In this document: one piece after another, positions 51,209-64,000 of the stretch
How positions within the stretch are numbered: position 1 is the first letter of the stretch
Layout: the number at the start of each line of letters is the position of its first letter
NCBI GenBank assembly: GCA_050613775.1
Contig: JBODTK010000014.1
Location: 620,001-684,000 of the forward strand
Reading direction: 5' to 3'
DNA from: Neocallimastix sp. 'constans'
Lineage: Eukaryota
DNA length: 64,000 nt
The notes under the pieces: model-generated
Seen by the model: only the letters and a program-made list of their open reading frames with translations
The model's database searches: none
Told to the model about the DNA's origin: nothing
Made by a program: the position numbers and the translations under genes

Positions 51209-54200
51209 TGTAATAATTTAATTAAAAAATTATAATTAAATTATTAATCATTAATATTAGCTCTAACTGCTAATATTAAAGGTTTAGAAAAGAATCATAC
51301 TTACCTATGGTTCTTTCTAATTATCGAGTTTATTATAACGAATTATAATAGACGAAACACTAAAATTGATAAGGAAAAGTTTTAATTATAAAATTTGTTT
51401 TATTAAAATAATTTGTTTTATTATTTATTAAAAATTTTAAATGTTAAAACTTATTGTTATTATTATTATATTATAATTGTTATAATAATAACTCTTGATT
51501 TCTCAAAGAGAACTCAAGAGCCTTATTTATACTTTTTTGTCAAAATAGGGTTAAAATCAAAAGGGGTTCTAATCTTAACAAATCTCTTATCTAGGAAAAG
51601 ACTAGAAGAAAAACCTAGATAAGTTTTTTGATCGATATTCTATCCATATCGATCATCGCGTTAATTAAGTAAAACCGATTACTTTTAAGATGTAATTGGA
51701 AAAACCTTAATTAACCGATTACTTAATCTAATATAATGATCGAAAATAAAAGAATAAAATAATGAAAATTATTTCGATCATAAAATTTAAAATTTAATCT
51801 ATTTAGTTCTATTTTATAGAACTTTACATAAAAAATATAAAACAATACATTAATAATAAAATACGTGATTAATACAATACAGAATACATGATAGAATACA
51901 GAATACATGATAAAATACAGAATAGTGTTTTAGTTTATGATTTAATAAGTGAGAGAAAACTAAAACTAATAAATTTAATAATTAAGTGAATAATTAAATA
52001 AATTTAATATTATTTTAAATGTATAAAAATTATTTGATTAAATAAATTTTTAATATTAAACTAAATAAAATTTTAATATATAATTAAATAAATTATTAAT
52101 TATAATTAATTGTATAAATGAAATATGAGTTAAATAAAAGTTATATTAATTATAACCTAACTAAGAAAATATAATTATTTTGTTAAAAATAATTATAGAT
52201 TCTTACATTGCTCCCTTTATGGTGATGGTTCCTTTAATCCTATGTCTCTTTCAGTATAAGGCTCCAACTGCGAGATATGAAATACCGGGTGTAAATGAAG
52301 ATTTTCTGGTAATTCAAGCCGGTAGTTCATTCTTTCCCTCACTTCTATGACCTTAAAGGGTCCAAGATACTGGTTAGAAAGCTTTTTTGCAGGTTCATTG
52401 GAGAAGTAATACCTTTTCAACCAAACCATGTCGTTAACATGGAAAGTAGGACCAGAAGCTTTCCTAGAGTCACCAAACTTTTTGAAATCTTCTTTAGCTT
52501 TGATAAGGTGCTTTTTAAGGGCATCAAAATGGGCAGACCAATCCCTAGTAAGTACAGAGGCATTATCTTTTAAAAGAACAGGAGGAGAGTCAATATTGCA
52601 TACTGGATTAAAACCATAATTTGCACAGAAAGGCGACATGTTTATTGATTTGTGAAATGAGTTGTTATAAGCCATTTCACAAAGAGGTAGATAAAAGCAC
52701 CATTCATTTTGGGCAGTAGAACAGTAGCATCGTAAATATTGTTCGATTACGGAATTAGCCCTTTCGACTTGACCATTTGTTTGTTGGTGATGAGCAGTAG
52801 CGAGTCTTGGCTTAGTATTTAGAGCTGAGCAGAGTGAAGTCCAAAATTCAGAAGAGAACTTGGAGCCATGATCAGAGACAATGATTTTAGGGAATCCATG
52901 ATACCGAAAAACGTTGTAAAGGAGCATCTTGGCGGTCAGGTCAGCGGAAGGGACGTCGGAGCAAGGAACTAAATGGATCATCTTTGTTAAGTGATCCGAA
53001 ACCACCATAATACATGTGCAATCTTGTGAACTAGGTAACGAAACTATAAAATCAACCCCAATAATTTCCCATGGTTTATTGGGAACAGGCAACGGTTGAA
53101 TTTTTCCGTAGGGTTTATGTCTACGAATTTTACACCTAGCACAAGTTGAACAAGAAAGTACATAATTATGAATATCTTTCTTCATATTAGGCCACCAGTA
53201 GTATCTCTTGATTTTATCAAGAGTTTTGTCAATACCTTGGTGTCCGTTGGTGGGTGAGTCATGAAAAGATTTCAAAATTCTTGCTCTTAAAGTGAATGGG
53301 ACGATGATTCTGTTTTGGAAATGTAAGACCCCTTCATTTAAAGAAAATAAAGAACTTTTAACTGTGTTTGACTTAGTTTTAATCTTTTCTAAAATAGATT
53401 TGCAATATGTGTCAGCCGTTTGGGCATCAATCAAACTACTAATATTATCAGTGTTTGTACAACATAAGGCATTATCATCCAATAAAGGACGGTCTTTGTT
53501 GTGGAGGGAAACCACGGAATTATAATCCGGACGTCTCGACGACGAATCTGGTTCACTACTCCTTGATCCACAAAATTTGTCAGTCGGTTGGGTATCAATC
53601 AAGCTACTGATAATAGTGTTTGCACAACAAAAGGCATTATCATCCAATAAAGGACGGTCTTTGTTGTGGAGGGAAACCACGGATTTATAATCCGGACGTC
53701 TCGACAACGAATCTGGTTTACCACACCTTGATCCAGGTCTGAACGAAATCCTAAAGTCAAACTTAGAAAGAAAGAGGCTCCATCTTATCTGGCGTTGGTT
53801 TAAATGTTGAGGCTTTTTAAAATATAATAAATTCCTGTGATCGGTAATGATTTGAACAGGAAACTTAGCCCCTTCAAGGTGGTGACGCCAGGTTTCAAAA
53901 GCGGTGATAATAGCGAGTAGTTCCTTGTCATATATTGTATAATTTAATTCAGAAGATGACAAAGACCTAGAATGAAAAGCGACAGGGTGAAGTTCGTTAT
54001 CCTTGTCACTGATTTGAGAAAGAATGCAACCCACAGCAAAATCACTGGCATCAGTTTCAACAGTGAATTCCTTATCTGGATCGGGGTAGATAAGGATTTC
54101 GTATGTGGTAAAAGCAAGTTTTAATTTTTTGAAGGCATTCTCAGCATCATCATTCCATTTGAACTCGTTATTCTTTTTGAGGAGTATTCTTAAGGGTTCC

Positions 54201-57200
54201 ATAATTATAGCGAAATTCTTTATGAATTTCCTATAGTAGTTACAGAGTCCGAGGAAACTTTGAAGTTCATTCATGTTTTTTGGAGTAGGCCATTCAAGAA
54301 TTGATTTTACTTTGTTTTTATCCATAGAAAGGCCATTTATTGATACAACAAACCCTAAAAAAGTAGTTTCAGGAACGTGAAATTCACATTTTTCAAGTTT
54401 TACATAGAGACCATTTTTGACTAACAAGGAAAGGACATGATGAACATGTTTAATATGTTCAGTAAGGTTTTTCGAATATATTATAATGTCATCTAAGTAG
54501 AAAAAAAAGAGAAACAAGCCAATATCATCAGAAAAAATGTCTTGGATAAAGCGTTGAAAAACCGAAGGTGCATTACGTAAACCAAAAGGCATTACACGGT
54601 ATTCAAAATGACCAAAAGGAGTACGAAAAGCAGTAAGGTATTCATGGCCTTTCTTGACACGAACTAAGTTATAGGCAGATCTTAAGTCAAGCCGAGAGAA
54701 AATAATAGCACCTTTAAATGATTCTATCAAATCAGATATCCTAGGAATTGGATAACTGTTTCTAATGGTGATAGAATTGAGCTTTCTATAGTCAACACAA
54801 AGTCTAAGAGAACCGTCACGTTTTCTAACAAATAGCACCGGGGCACCAGCAGGAGATTTTGATTTTCTATGAATCCTTTAGCAAGGTTTTCCTTAATGTA
54901 TTCACGAAGTGCCTTCTTTTCTTCAACAGTCAACGAATAAATTGGTCCAAAATAAAGTTGAGCACCGGGAACTAAATCAATGGATATATCATAAACACGG
55001 TGTGGAGGGAGTTTATCAGCTTCTTTCTTTTCAAATACAATACAAAGGTCATAATAATATTTTTTAATTATTTTTTTATTTCTTTTGGTATTCTTAATTT
55101 CACTATTGTGAACTAAAGCAGCGCAAATGTTCATATCGCTAAGTTCGTCTTCAGGTATGGAATCTGGAATTATTGAGTCAAGAGGAATTTCTTCCTTCTG
55201 TTCATTATTGGGTAAGAGAGAAGCAGTAATATCTGATGAATGGAAAACAAACCTATTACCCTTAGCAAAAGGGCAATGGTTTTTACAGTAGCTTTCCAAG
55301 AAGTAAATTTTATTATTTTTGTAATCAATGTAAGGTGAATGAAGGCTTAACCAATCTCTTCCAAGGATTGCAGATACGTCTTGAAGTTGTAAATTGGCTA
55401 TAAAGAATTCAAATGTTTCCGTATGGTCCATGAAAGTAAGCTTAAGACGTTTTGTAACTTGTTTTATAGCCATATTCTTTTCATTAGGAAGTTTTACATT
55501 GATCGTATTTGAGAGGTTTGAATAAGGAATTTTGTTTGCTGTTACGAAGCTTTTGCAGAGATAACTTCTAGCAGAGCCCGAGTCAATAAGGATTCTGGTT
55601 TTAATCTTTTTGTTATTAACGGTTAACAAGAAAGTTGTAGTCATTTTATTATTATGACTTGGGGTGTAATTTGCTGATAAAATACTTCCATTGTCTCGTC
55701 CCTTACGGTGCTTATTGCGTTTAAATTTGTTTTCGATCATGTTAGTTTCGTTTCTTTTTCGTTTGAAAGATTTACTACTCTTTGGCTTGTAGTCATTGGT
55801 CTTTACTTTTTGCTTAAGTAAACATTTTCTATCAATATTGATAATAGAATTTGTTGCCTCAAATAAACTTTTAGGTTTGTCTAATTTATTGAACTCTGTT
55901 TTAACATCCTCAAGAAGACCTCTTTTGATTAGGTCAATGAATACATCGTCCGGCCATCCAATACGTCCAGCTAACCTTCGAAATTCAATAGTATATAATG
56001 CGGCTCTTCCTAAATGAAGTTGTTTTAAGTTTAGAAGTTGTTCAATAAGAACATCCTTCTGTTCTTTAGTATCCCCAAAATTGCTTATCAAAATATCTTT
56101 AAAGGTGTCATAGCTTAACGAATTTAAAGTCCCATCAGCCTTCAATGAAAGTCCCCATTTCTTTGGAGGTCCATGTAACATGCTGATAACATAAGAAATT
56201 TTTAAGTCGTCCGTGGAAAAAGAGTTGGGATGTTTTTTAAAAAACAATTCACTCTGTTCCAGGAGCTCATTAACATTAAGTTTGTTGTTATCAGCTAAGT
56301 CCTTGGATAACACTCCGTTGGCGGAAAAGAAGGTAGGAATAAATTCTGTTAAAGCTGTTATAAGCTTTGAGGATTCAACTTCACTTGGAATTTGGGCGTT
56401 ATTACTATTGGATTCCATTTTTACCTAAATTATAAATTATATTAACTATGAAATATATATATATGTTTATTATGATTATAAGGTCATAGTTAGGAAGTTT
56501 TGGCGAAAGAAAACAGTTGAATAAGAAAATACTCAAGCATTTCCAGACGATTTTCCAGAAGCACGTTAGCAGTAAACAGTAGTATGTACTTAATGACGGG
56601 AGCAGCTTGCCTATTACTGGTGTCATGTTCCCGCGTACACCACGATTGCAACCTACCACACATCGGATAGGCCAGTCCAGAGCTGCCCAGATCGCTGCCT
56701 GTGACAGATAAACTTAATCCGGAAACTGTTACCTATATGCAAACACACTTCTGCTTCTAAGGTCTGTACTAAGTCTTGGTTCTTCTATATTGTTTCCTTG
56801 GCCTACTTCTTCCAGTTCTATTTCCCTAAAATCATGTAAACATATGTTAGTGTATTTATGTGTTCTTATTATTGTTATTATTTATTTTATTATTGCTATT
56901 TATTGTTGTTTAATTTTTTTTATTATTTATCATTTATCATTTATCATTTATCATTTATTATTTACTATCATTATTTATTATTATTTATTATTATTTATTA
57001 TTATTTATTATTATTTATTATTATTTATTATTATTTATTATTATTTATTATTATTTATTATTATTTTATTATTATTTATTATTATTTATCATTATTTATT
57101 ATTATTTATTACTATATATCTATTCTTTTAATTTTTTATGATTTTAATTATTTATCCAACTAATTATTACTATTTACTTATTTTTTAATATTTAATTTAT

Positions 57201-58490
57201 GGTTTATATTAATTTATTCTTATAATTTCTATACTAAATTATTAATTAATGATTTTTGATCTGATTTACTAATATTATCTACTTATATTTTAATATTTAA
57301 TTTATTTACTATATATTAATTTATTTTTTTAATTTCTAGATTATTCTATATAATTTATATTATTTTATTTATTATTAATCATAAAAATTTTTATTGTACT
57401 ACACTAAATTATTTTGTACTACTTGATTCTAGAAATTAATTATATTATTAAATTAACTATTCTATTAAACTATACTAAGAAGAGTTATTATTGTAATAAT
57501 TTAATTAAAAAATTATAATTAAATTATTAATCATTAATATTAGCTCTAACTGCTAATATTAAAGGTTTAGAAAAGAATCATACTTACCTATGGTTCTTTC
57601 TAATTATCGAGTTTATTATAACGAATTATAATAGACGAAACACTAAAATTGATAAGGAAAAGTTTTAATTATAAAATTTGTTTTATTAAAATAATTTGTT
57701 TTATTATTTATTAAAAATTTTAAATGTTAAAACTTATTGTTATTATTATTATATTATAATTGTTATAATAATAACTCTTGATTTCTCAAAGAGAACTCAA
57801 GAGCCTTATTTATACTTTTTTGTCAAAATAAGGTTAAAATCAAAAGGGGTTCTAATCTTAACAAATCTCTTATCTAGGAAAAGACTAGAAGAAAAACCTA
57901 GATAAGTTTTTTGATCGATATTCTATCCATATCGATCATCGCGTTAATTAAGTAAAACCGATTACTTTTAAGATGTAATTGTAAAAACCTTAATTAACCG
58001 ATTACTTAATCTAATATAATGATCGAAAATAAAAGAATAAAATAATGAAAATTATTTCGATCATAAAATTTAAAATTTAATCTATTTAGTTCTATTTTAT
58101 AGAACTTTACATAAAAAATATAAAACAATACATTAATAATAAAATACATGATTAATACAATACAGAATACATGATAGAATACAGAATACATGATAAAATA
58201 CAGAATAGTGTTTTAGTTTATGATTTAATAAGTGAGAGAAAACTAAAACTAATAAATTTAATAATTAAGTGAATAATTAAATAAATTTAATATTATTTTA
58301 AATGTATAAAAATTATTTGATTAAATAAATTTTTAATATTAAACTAAATAAAATTTTAATATATAATTAAATAAATTATTAATTATAATTAATTGTATAA
58401 ATGAAATATGAGTTAAATAAAAGTTATATTAATTATAACCTAACTAAGAAAATATAATTATTTTGTTAAAAATAATTATAGATTCTTACA
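51209..58490 (-). mobile_element. Full-length Tf1-like gypsy element A (LTRs 51209-52207 and 57492-58490)
   Basis: Two 999-bp near-identical LTRs, PBS 57480-57491, PPT 52208-52218; TSD imperfect (TTTGA vs TTTTGA). Confidence 0.95.
52217..56418 (-). pseudogene. gag-pol: Single gag-pol polyprotein of element A with a 1-nt frameshift near 54868
   Basis: Gag, LIDSGS, YLDD, TDAS, HHCC, DDE, GPF; adding one base restores GFIRKSKSPAGAPVLFV. Confidence 0.9.
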
Positions 58491-58506
58491 TTTTGAATTT
58501 CGTGTT

Positions 58507-58578
58507 GGCTCAATGGTTTAGTGGTATAATTCTCGCTTAGGGTGCGAGAGGTCCCGGGTTCAATTCCCGGTTGAGCCC
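58507..58578 (+). tRNA. trnP: tRNA-Pro(AGG), identical to 46727-46798
   Basis: Same cloverleaf; oligo-T shortly downstream. Confidence 0.97.
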
Positions 58579-59179
58579 CACGTTTTTTATTTTTGAATTT
58601 TTTCACCATTTACTTCATATATAAGTAAAAAAAAAACATATATATATATATATATATATCTAAAGTCAAAAAAAAAAAAAATGGTTTTTTAATAATAATT
58701 AACGATTATTATTATATTATTATTTTTTTTTTACTTAAGAAAAGAAAAAAAAAAAAAAAGGCTTTTAATAATAATTAATGATTTATTTTATATTATTATT
58801 TTTTTTTACTTATATACAAAATAAAAAAAAAAAAAAGGTTTTTTAATAATAATTAACGATTATTATTATATTATTATTATTTTTTTTTACTTAACATATA
58901 AAGTCAAAAAAAAAAAAAAAAAAAAAGGTTTTTAATAATAATCAACGATTTATTATTATATATATAGATATATTTTTTTTATTTTTTATTTTTTTTTTTA
59001 AAGAAAAACAAACAAAATGAAAATAAATTAAATGAATTTAAATAAAGCAATTGATATCAATCCCCTTATCGTCTAATAGTTATTACAATAAATAATTTAA
59101 TAAGCAAAAAAATAAAAAAAAAGTAAAAAAAAGTAAAAAATAAATAAATAAAACTTTTAAAATAGATAATCAGTTTTTT

Positions 59180-59215
<36 letters not shown>

Positions 59216-60547
59216 TATTAAGAAATTTTGTGTATTCATTATAATTTTTTTTTTTTATTTTATTTTATTATATTTTATTTATATATATATTTTTTTTATT
59301 GGTATTAAGTTTCTATAAAACAAAAAAAAAAAAAATTTAGATACACTATAAATGGAGTACCCATCTTCCGGAGATGATGACCATAACCAGATTATCACTG
59401 CTACCGTGTGATATACTGGCATACTAGTTTTAAGTATAGAATCACCCCCCTCCACACTGTCATGTTTAACATATCTGCCTTGGGGCTGTCTTCCCTACCA
59501 TTCCTACATATATCCTTCCATTTGATCAATGAGTATCGGGGAAATAGGAATCATTCACACCTCCAGGTGGGTGTAATCCTTTGGTGTGAGGACATATCAT
59601 CATCAGTGCCTAATAATAATGATTAAGTCATAAGGTGTAGTAATCGCAGGAGGTTGGGTTCCAATATGCTGTCAAGAGAGAAAAGTTTCCATAAGACGTT
59701 CTCAACGATAAGTTTAAATTTTTTAGGAATTCCCCCAATGAATCCCAGAAGCGATCCATTGGGATTGATTAATTCAATTCACTAGCATGAGCATGAGCAT
59801 GAGCATGAGCATGATCATTGGTTATTGCTAGTTTCCTTAGTGGTGGTGTTGGGTTGAACTTTCTCAGATTTCCAACTTGATCTTTTGTAGAGAGGAGGCA
59901 TTAGCCACTCTTAAATCTTTTTCAATTACAAGAGTCGAGAATCAATTTTTTATTGTTAATTTTCAAATAAGTTTTTATTTTATTTGGTTTGTTATTTAAG
60001 TTTATTTTATATTTATATATTAAAATATACTTTATTTCAAAATAAACTATTATATTTCAATTATTAACAGAAACCACCCTACACTTAACTTTTAATTAAT
60101 CATTACAATCAATCAAAGTCTTATAATTAATCAACTATAGAATTAACTATAATATTTTATCAATCATACAACCAATTACACACTTATATTTAATCAATCA
60201 TTTCAATCAATCAAAGACTTAAAATTAATCAGCTAAAGAATTAACCATACACTTATATTTAATCAATCAGTCATAAACTTGTATTTAGTCAACTGTAGAC
60301 TTAAAATTAATAACCCATACGCTTGTATCTAATTATATTTAATAAATCATGGACTCCTATTTTATCAACTACAATTAATAATGCCACACGCTTATATTTA
60401 TTTATATAATATATAGAAAAGAATATAAAATTCTATTTAAATAATAATTACGAATAACACTATTTTTTTTTAAAAAAAAAAAAAATAAAATAAAATAATA
60501 ATAATAAAATAAAATAATAATAATAAAATAAAATAAAAATAACAAAA

Positions 60548-60578
<31 letters not shown>

Positions 60579-61144
60579 ATTATTATTATATTATGAACTC
60601 TATGATGGTCAATAAGAAAAACATTGATTTTATTAATAATAAAATTTTCCATGTAGTTAGTTCTTTTTATTTTTTTTTTTTTTTTTTTTTATTATTATAA
60701 TTATTATTATTATTAATATTATTAATCAAAATAAATATATTAATACCAATTAAGGATTCATATCTATCTAATATAAAATACCATTATGTATATATAATCA
60801 GTAATCCATTTTATTTTATTTGAAACAAATTAAATAAACGCTTACTATTTTTATATTATTCTAAATTACTAATAGCTTATAAATTTATATATCTATGTAT
60901 TAATAATTATATGTTAATTTTTTAATTTATGATATTATATTAATATATATTATTAATATCTCTTTTTATTTTTATCTCTCTAATAACACTAAAAATATAT
61001 TATGGTTCATTTTATTACAATCACTAATAGTATTTTTTAAAATAATAAAAAATTATTAAATAGTTTATAGTACGAAATTATTAAATGTATTAAAGATATT
61101 TGTAATATTTTTTAAAAAAATTAATTATCCTATTTACTAGTATT

Positions 61145-61146
<2 letters not shown>

Positions 61147-61210
<64 letters not shown>
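61147..61210. repeat. (TAA)n microsatellite
   Basis: Direct reading. Confidence 0.9.
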
Positions 61211-61222
<12 letters not shown>

Positions 61223-62849
61223 AAAAATTACACTTTCTAAATTATCAAAAATTATGTTAAATAGTTTTTATTGCTTTTAAATATTAGAATGAATATATAT
61301 TTTATATATATATATATATAAAAAAAATTTACATAAAATAAAGAATTAGATATATAGAAAATGAATTAGTGTTATCATATAATAAATATTTAAAAAAATT
61401 ATAATTATATCTCACATATCAAACTGAATAAAAAAGAATCAAATTAATTTTTAAATAAATAATAAAATACCATTTTTCATATTAGAAATGAACAGAAAAT
61501 AACCAAAACTGATTTTTTTTTTAAAAAAATATTTAAAAATATTCAATAGTATTCAAAATTATCATAAAAGTATCTGTTGAAATATATAACAAAACAATAA
61601 AACAAAAATAAAAAAAAAAAAAAAAATTGTGAAAATAAATTGAAATAAAATAATAAAATAACCAAATATAAAGAAAAAAATATTAGGAAAGCAAATCTTT
61701 CAGTTAATTTTTCCTTTAATCTTCTTTTATTTTTAAATTAATATTTTTAATATAAACGAATAATATTTATATATATAATATATATATATATTTTTTTATA
61801 TTTTAACTCTTTTTAAGAAAATATAAAACCTAATCTTTAAAATTTTATGAAATAAAAAATAAATAAATATAAAGGAAATGAAAAAATATTTTTTTAAAAA
61901 AGTTAAATGCTATCCATTTTCCTTTTTTATATATAAAAAAAAGGTTAAATTAAATATTACTATTTAATTTATTCATTAATAAATTAATTTATTTATTTTC
62001 ATTTATTTATTTATTTATTTTATTAAAATTATTTTAAATTATTAATTTATAAGGATGGCCATTTTTATTAATGGTTGAAGTTAATAATTTTAATTATGGT
62101 ATTAATTTATTAGTACGGGTGATATTTTATATCAACCTTTAATACAATAATATAAATAAACTGTTTAATATATATATATATAATATTATGATTATTAAAT
62201 ATAATACTCCATAGTCAATTAATATGAATTTATTAACAATTATTAACCCAAATATGTGGACATATAGATTATTTAATACAATCATGTGATATAAAATGGT
62301 AAGGGTTTAATTTATGTAGAAAAAAAATTTTTTTGTTTTTTGAACTTTTATTTTATTTTTATTTAAATTATAATAAAATGAATTATTTTAATTCTTTTCT
62401 CTTTAATTTTCATAGTAATAAGAGAAGTCTATCAATATGCTAATTTAAATTATAAAGTTATGCAAGAAGAATGCAAATAGTAATAAGTTAAGAAGCCTTA
62501 TTATTTTTTTTTTCTTGTATTATTTCATTTGTACAAATTGTTATAATATACCTTTATCTAAAATTATTGTATAGCTATTCTATGCTACATTACATTATCT
62601 ATGATATTACTACATTAATTTAATACGTTAAAGATGAAACTAATTTTTGAAATAATTAACATATTTTATTTTAGAAATTTCAAATTATTACAATTAGTAA
62701 TATTCATAGCATATTCCATCATATCGTATTCATCATATCCTATCCTATAAAATTGAATTTATTATGAACCATTCATGTCTTTATTAAAGCAATAAATATA
62801 CAGAAAAAAATTTAGTTGGCTGAGGTAACTCTTAATAAATAAAATTCAT

Positions 62850-62949
62850 TAAAAAATATTTTTAATAACCTATATACTAATATTGTTATACTAATATTGT
62901 TATACTAATATTGTTATATTAGTATATAGGTTATTAAAAATATTTTTTA
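62850..62949. repeat. Perfect ~34-bp inverted repeat with a tandem-repeat loop
   Basis: TAAAAAATATTTTTAATAACCTATATACTAATAT and its reverse complement. Confidence 0.85.
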
Positions 62950-64000
62950 TCATATATAACATCATCTATGTATTTATTGTATATTTTACATATAAAACGT
63001 AAATCCTTAATAATTATATATAACAAGGTTTAAAACATTAAAAAAAAAACTTTTTATTCGTTTCTCTTTTTATATTAACAATTAATAAATAATAAAACTT
63101 TAATAGTAAAAAGATGATATGAAATGAAAATAAAAACCTTAATTATTAATAAATTATTTTATTAATAATTACATAAAAATAAATCAATTAATCACTTGAT
63201 TAATTATCATATGATTTATAAAATGATCCAGAAATAACGTGATATAAGATAAATTTATGTAATATCATAAATTCTCTAAAAATACATAAAATTAATGTAA
63301 ACATAAAATTTATAACATAAATTTTATGTTATGTAAATATGTAAATAATTTATAAATTAATTAAGTTTTATTTTATTTCATTTTAATTATTTTTATTATA
63401 TTTTTATTATATTTTTATATGTTCTAATTATTATAATATTTTATTACTTATACTTTTTAATTCTTATTATTTTAAAATAGTTTATAATTAAATTCTTATT
63501 ATTTTAAAATAGTTTATAATTAAAGAGTATTATATAAAGAATACTTTTTCTTTATATTTATTCTTTGTAATTTTGCAGTTTTGCAAATTGCCATTCATGC
63601 AATTCAAATAGTTAAAATTATAATAATAAATTGCCAAAATAAAAATATTTTATTAGTAAAATTAATTTAGTAATATTTAATATGAAGTTATAAAAATTAT
63701 TAGTTATTTAAATAAATTTAAATTATAAAATAAATAAATAAATATTTAATAAATAAATAAATAAAATTATATTATATTAATAAATTTCATAAATAAATTA
63801 TATAACTTCTCCCAGTAAGAGAGTGAACCAAGGTGTACTTTATCAAAGAGTTAAATAGTTAAACTTTTATATAAATTGATTATTTATAAAAAAAAAAAAA
63901 ATAGCATTACATACTTAATATAAAAGAATATTAATATTAGATATAAAAATATTTGATCTAAATATATTTATTATAATTTAAATATTCTTACATTAATAAA

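Noticed and set aside
56620..56645. TGT-TCCCGCGT-ACA as an HDV-like ribozyme P3/L3
   Set aside because: Not conserved in the homologous copy near 24910 and I could not build the nested pseudoknot
56405..56659. 84 aa ORF upstream of gag in element A
   Set aside because: Non-ATG start, overlaps the structured leader motif, no recognisable protein features
51413..58191. Duplicated 61-69 aa ORFs (51413/57696, 51723/58006)
   Set aside because: Lie within the two LTRs; duplication reflects the LTR and composition is AT-driven

Overview
Extremely AT-rich eukaryotic DNA; an anaerobic gut fungus (Neocallimastigomycota) is plausible from composition and repeat style, but that is inference. No clear host protein gene is visible. 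About 58 kb is a pile-up of Ty3/Gypsy LTR retrotransposons and solo LTRs stacked upstream of two identical tRNA-Pro(AGG) genes (46727-46798, 58507-58578). Reading the TG...CA ends and target-site duplications (TSDs) shows that 14790-46712 is a series of insertions at three fixed positions 5' of the first tRNA: -14 (4-bp TSD, tRNA-Ala-primed lineage), -16 (5-bp TSD, Tf1-like self-priming lineage) and -65 (5-bp TSD, a second self-priming lineage). One -65 insertion (27301-30807) is an LTR expanded to 3.5 kb that carries an intact ORF resembling a ssDNA (CRESS) virus capsid plus a second orphan ORF. Also seen: an LTR family with Pol III A/B boxes, a covarying structured RNA shared by the leaders of two unrelated lineages, a non-autonomous self-priming element, -1 frameshift signals and a chimeric element. 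Family letters (A-K) are my own labels. Coordinates were counted by eye and no database searches were run.
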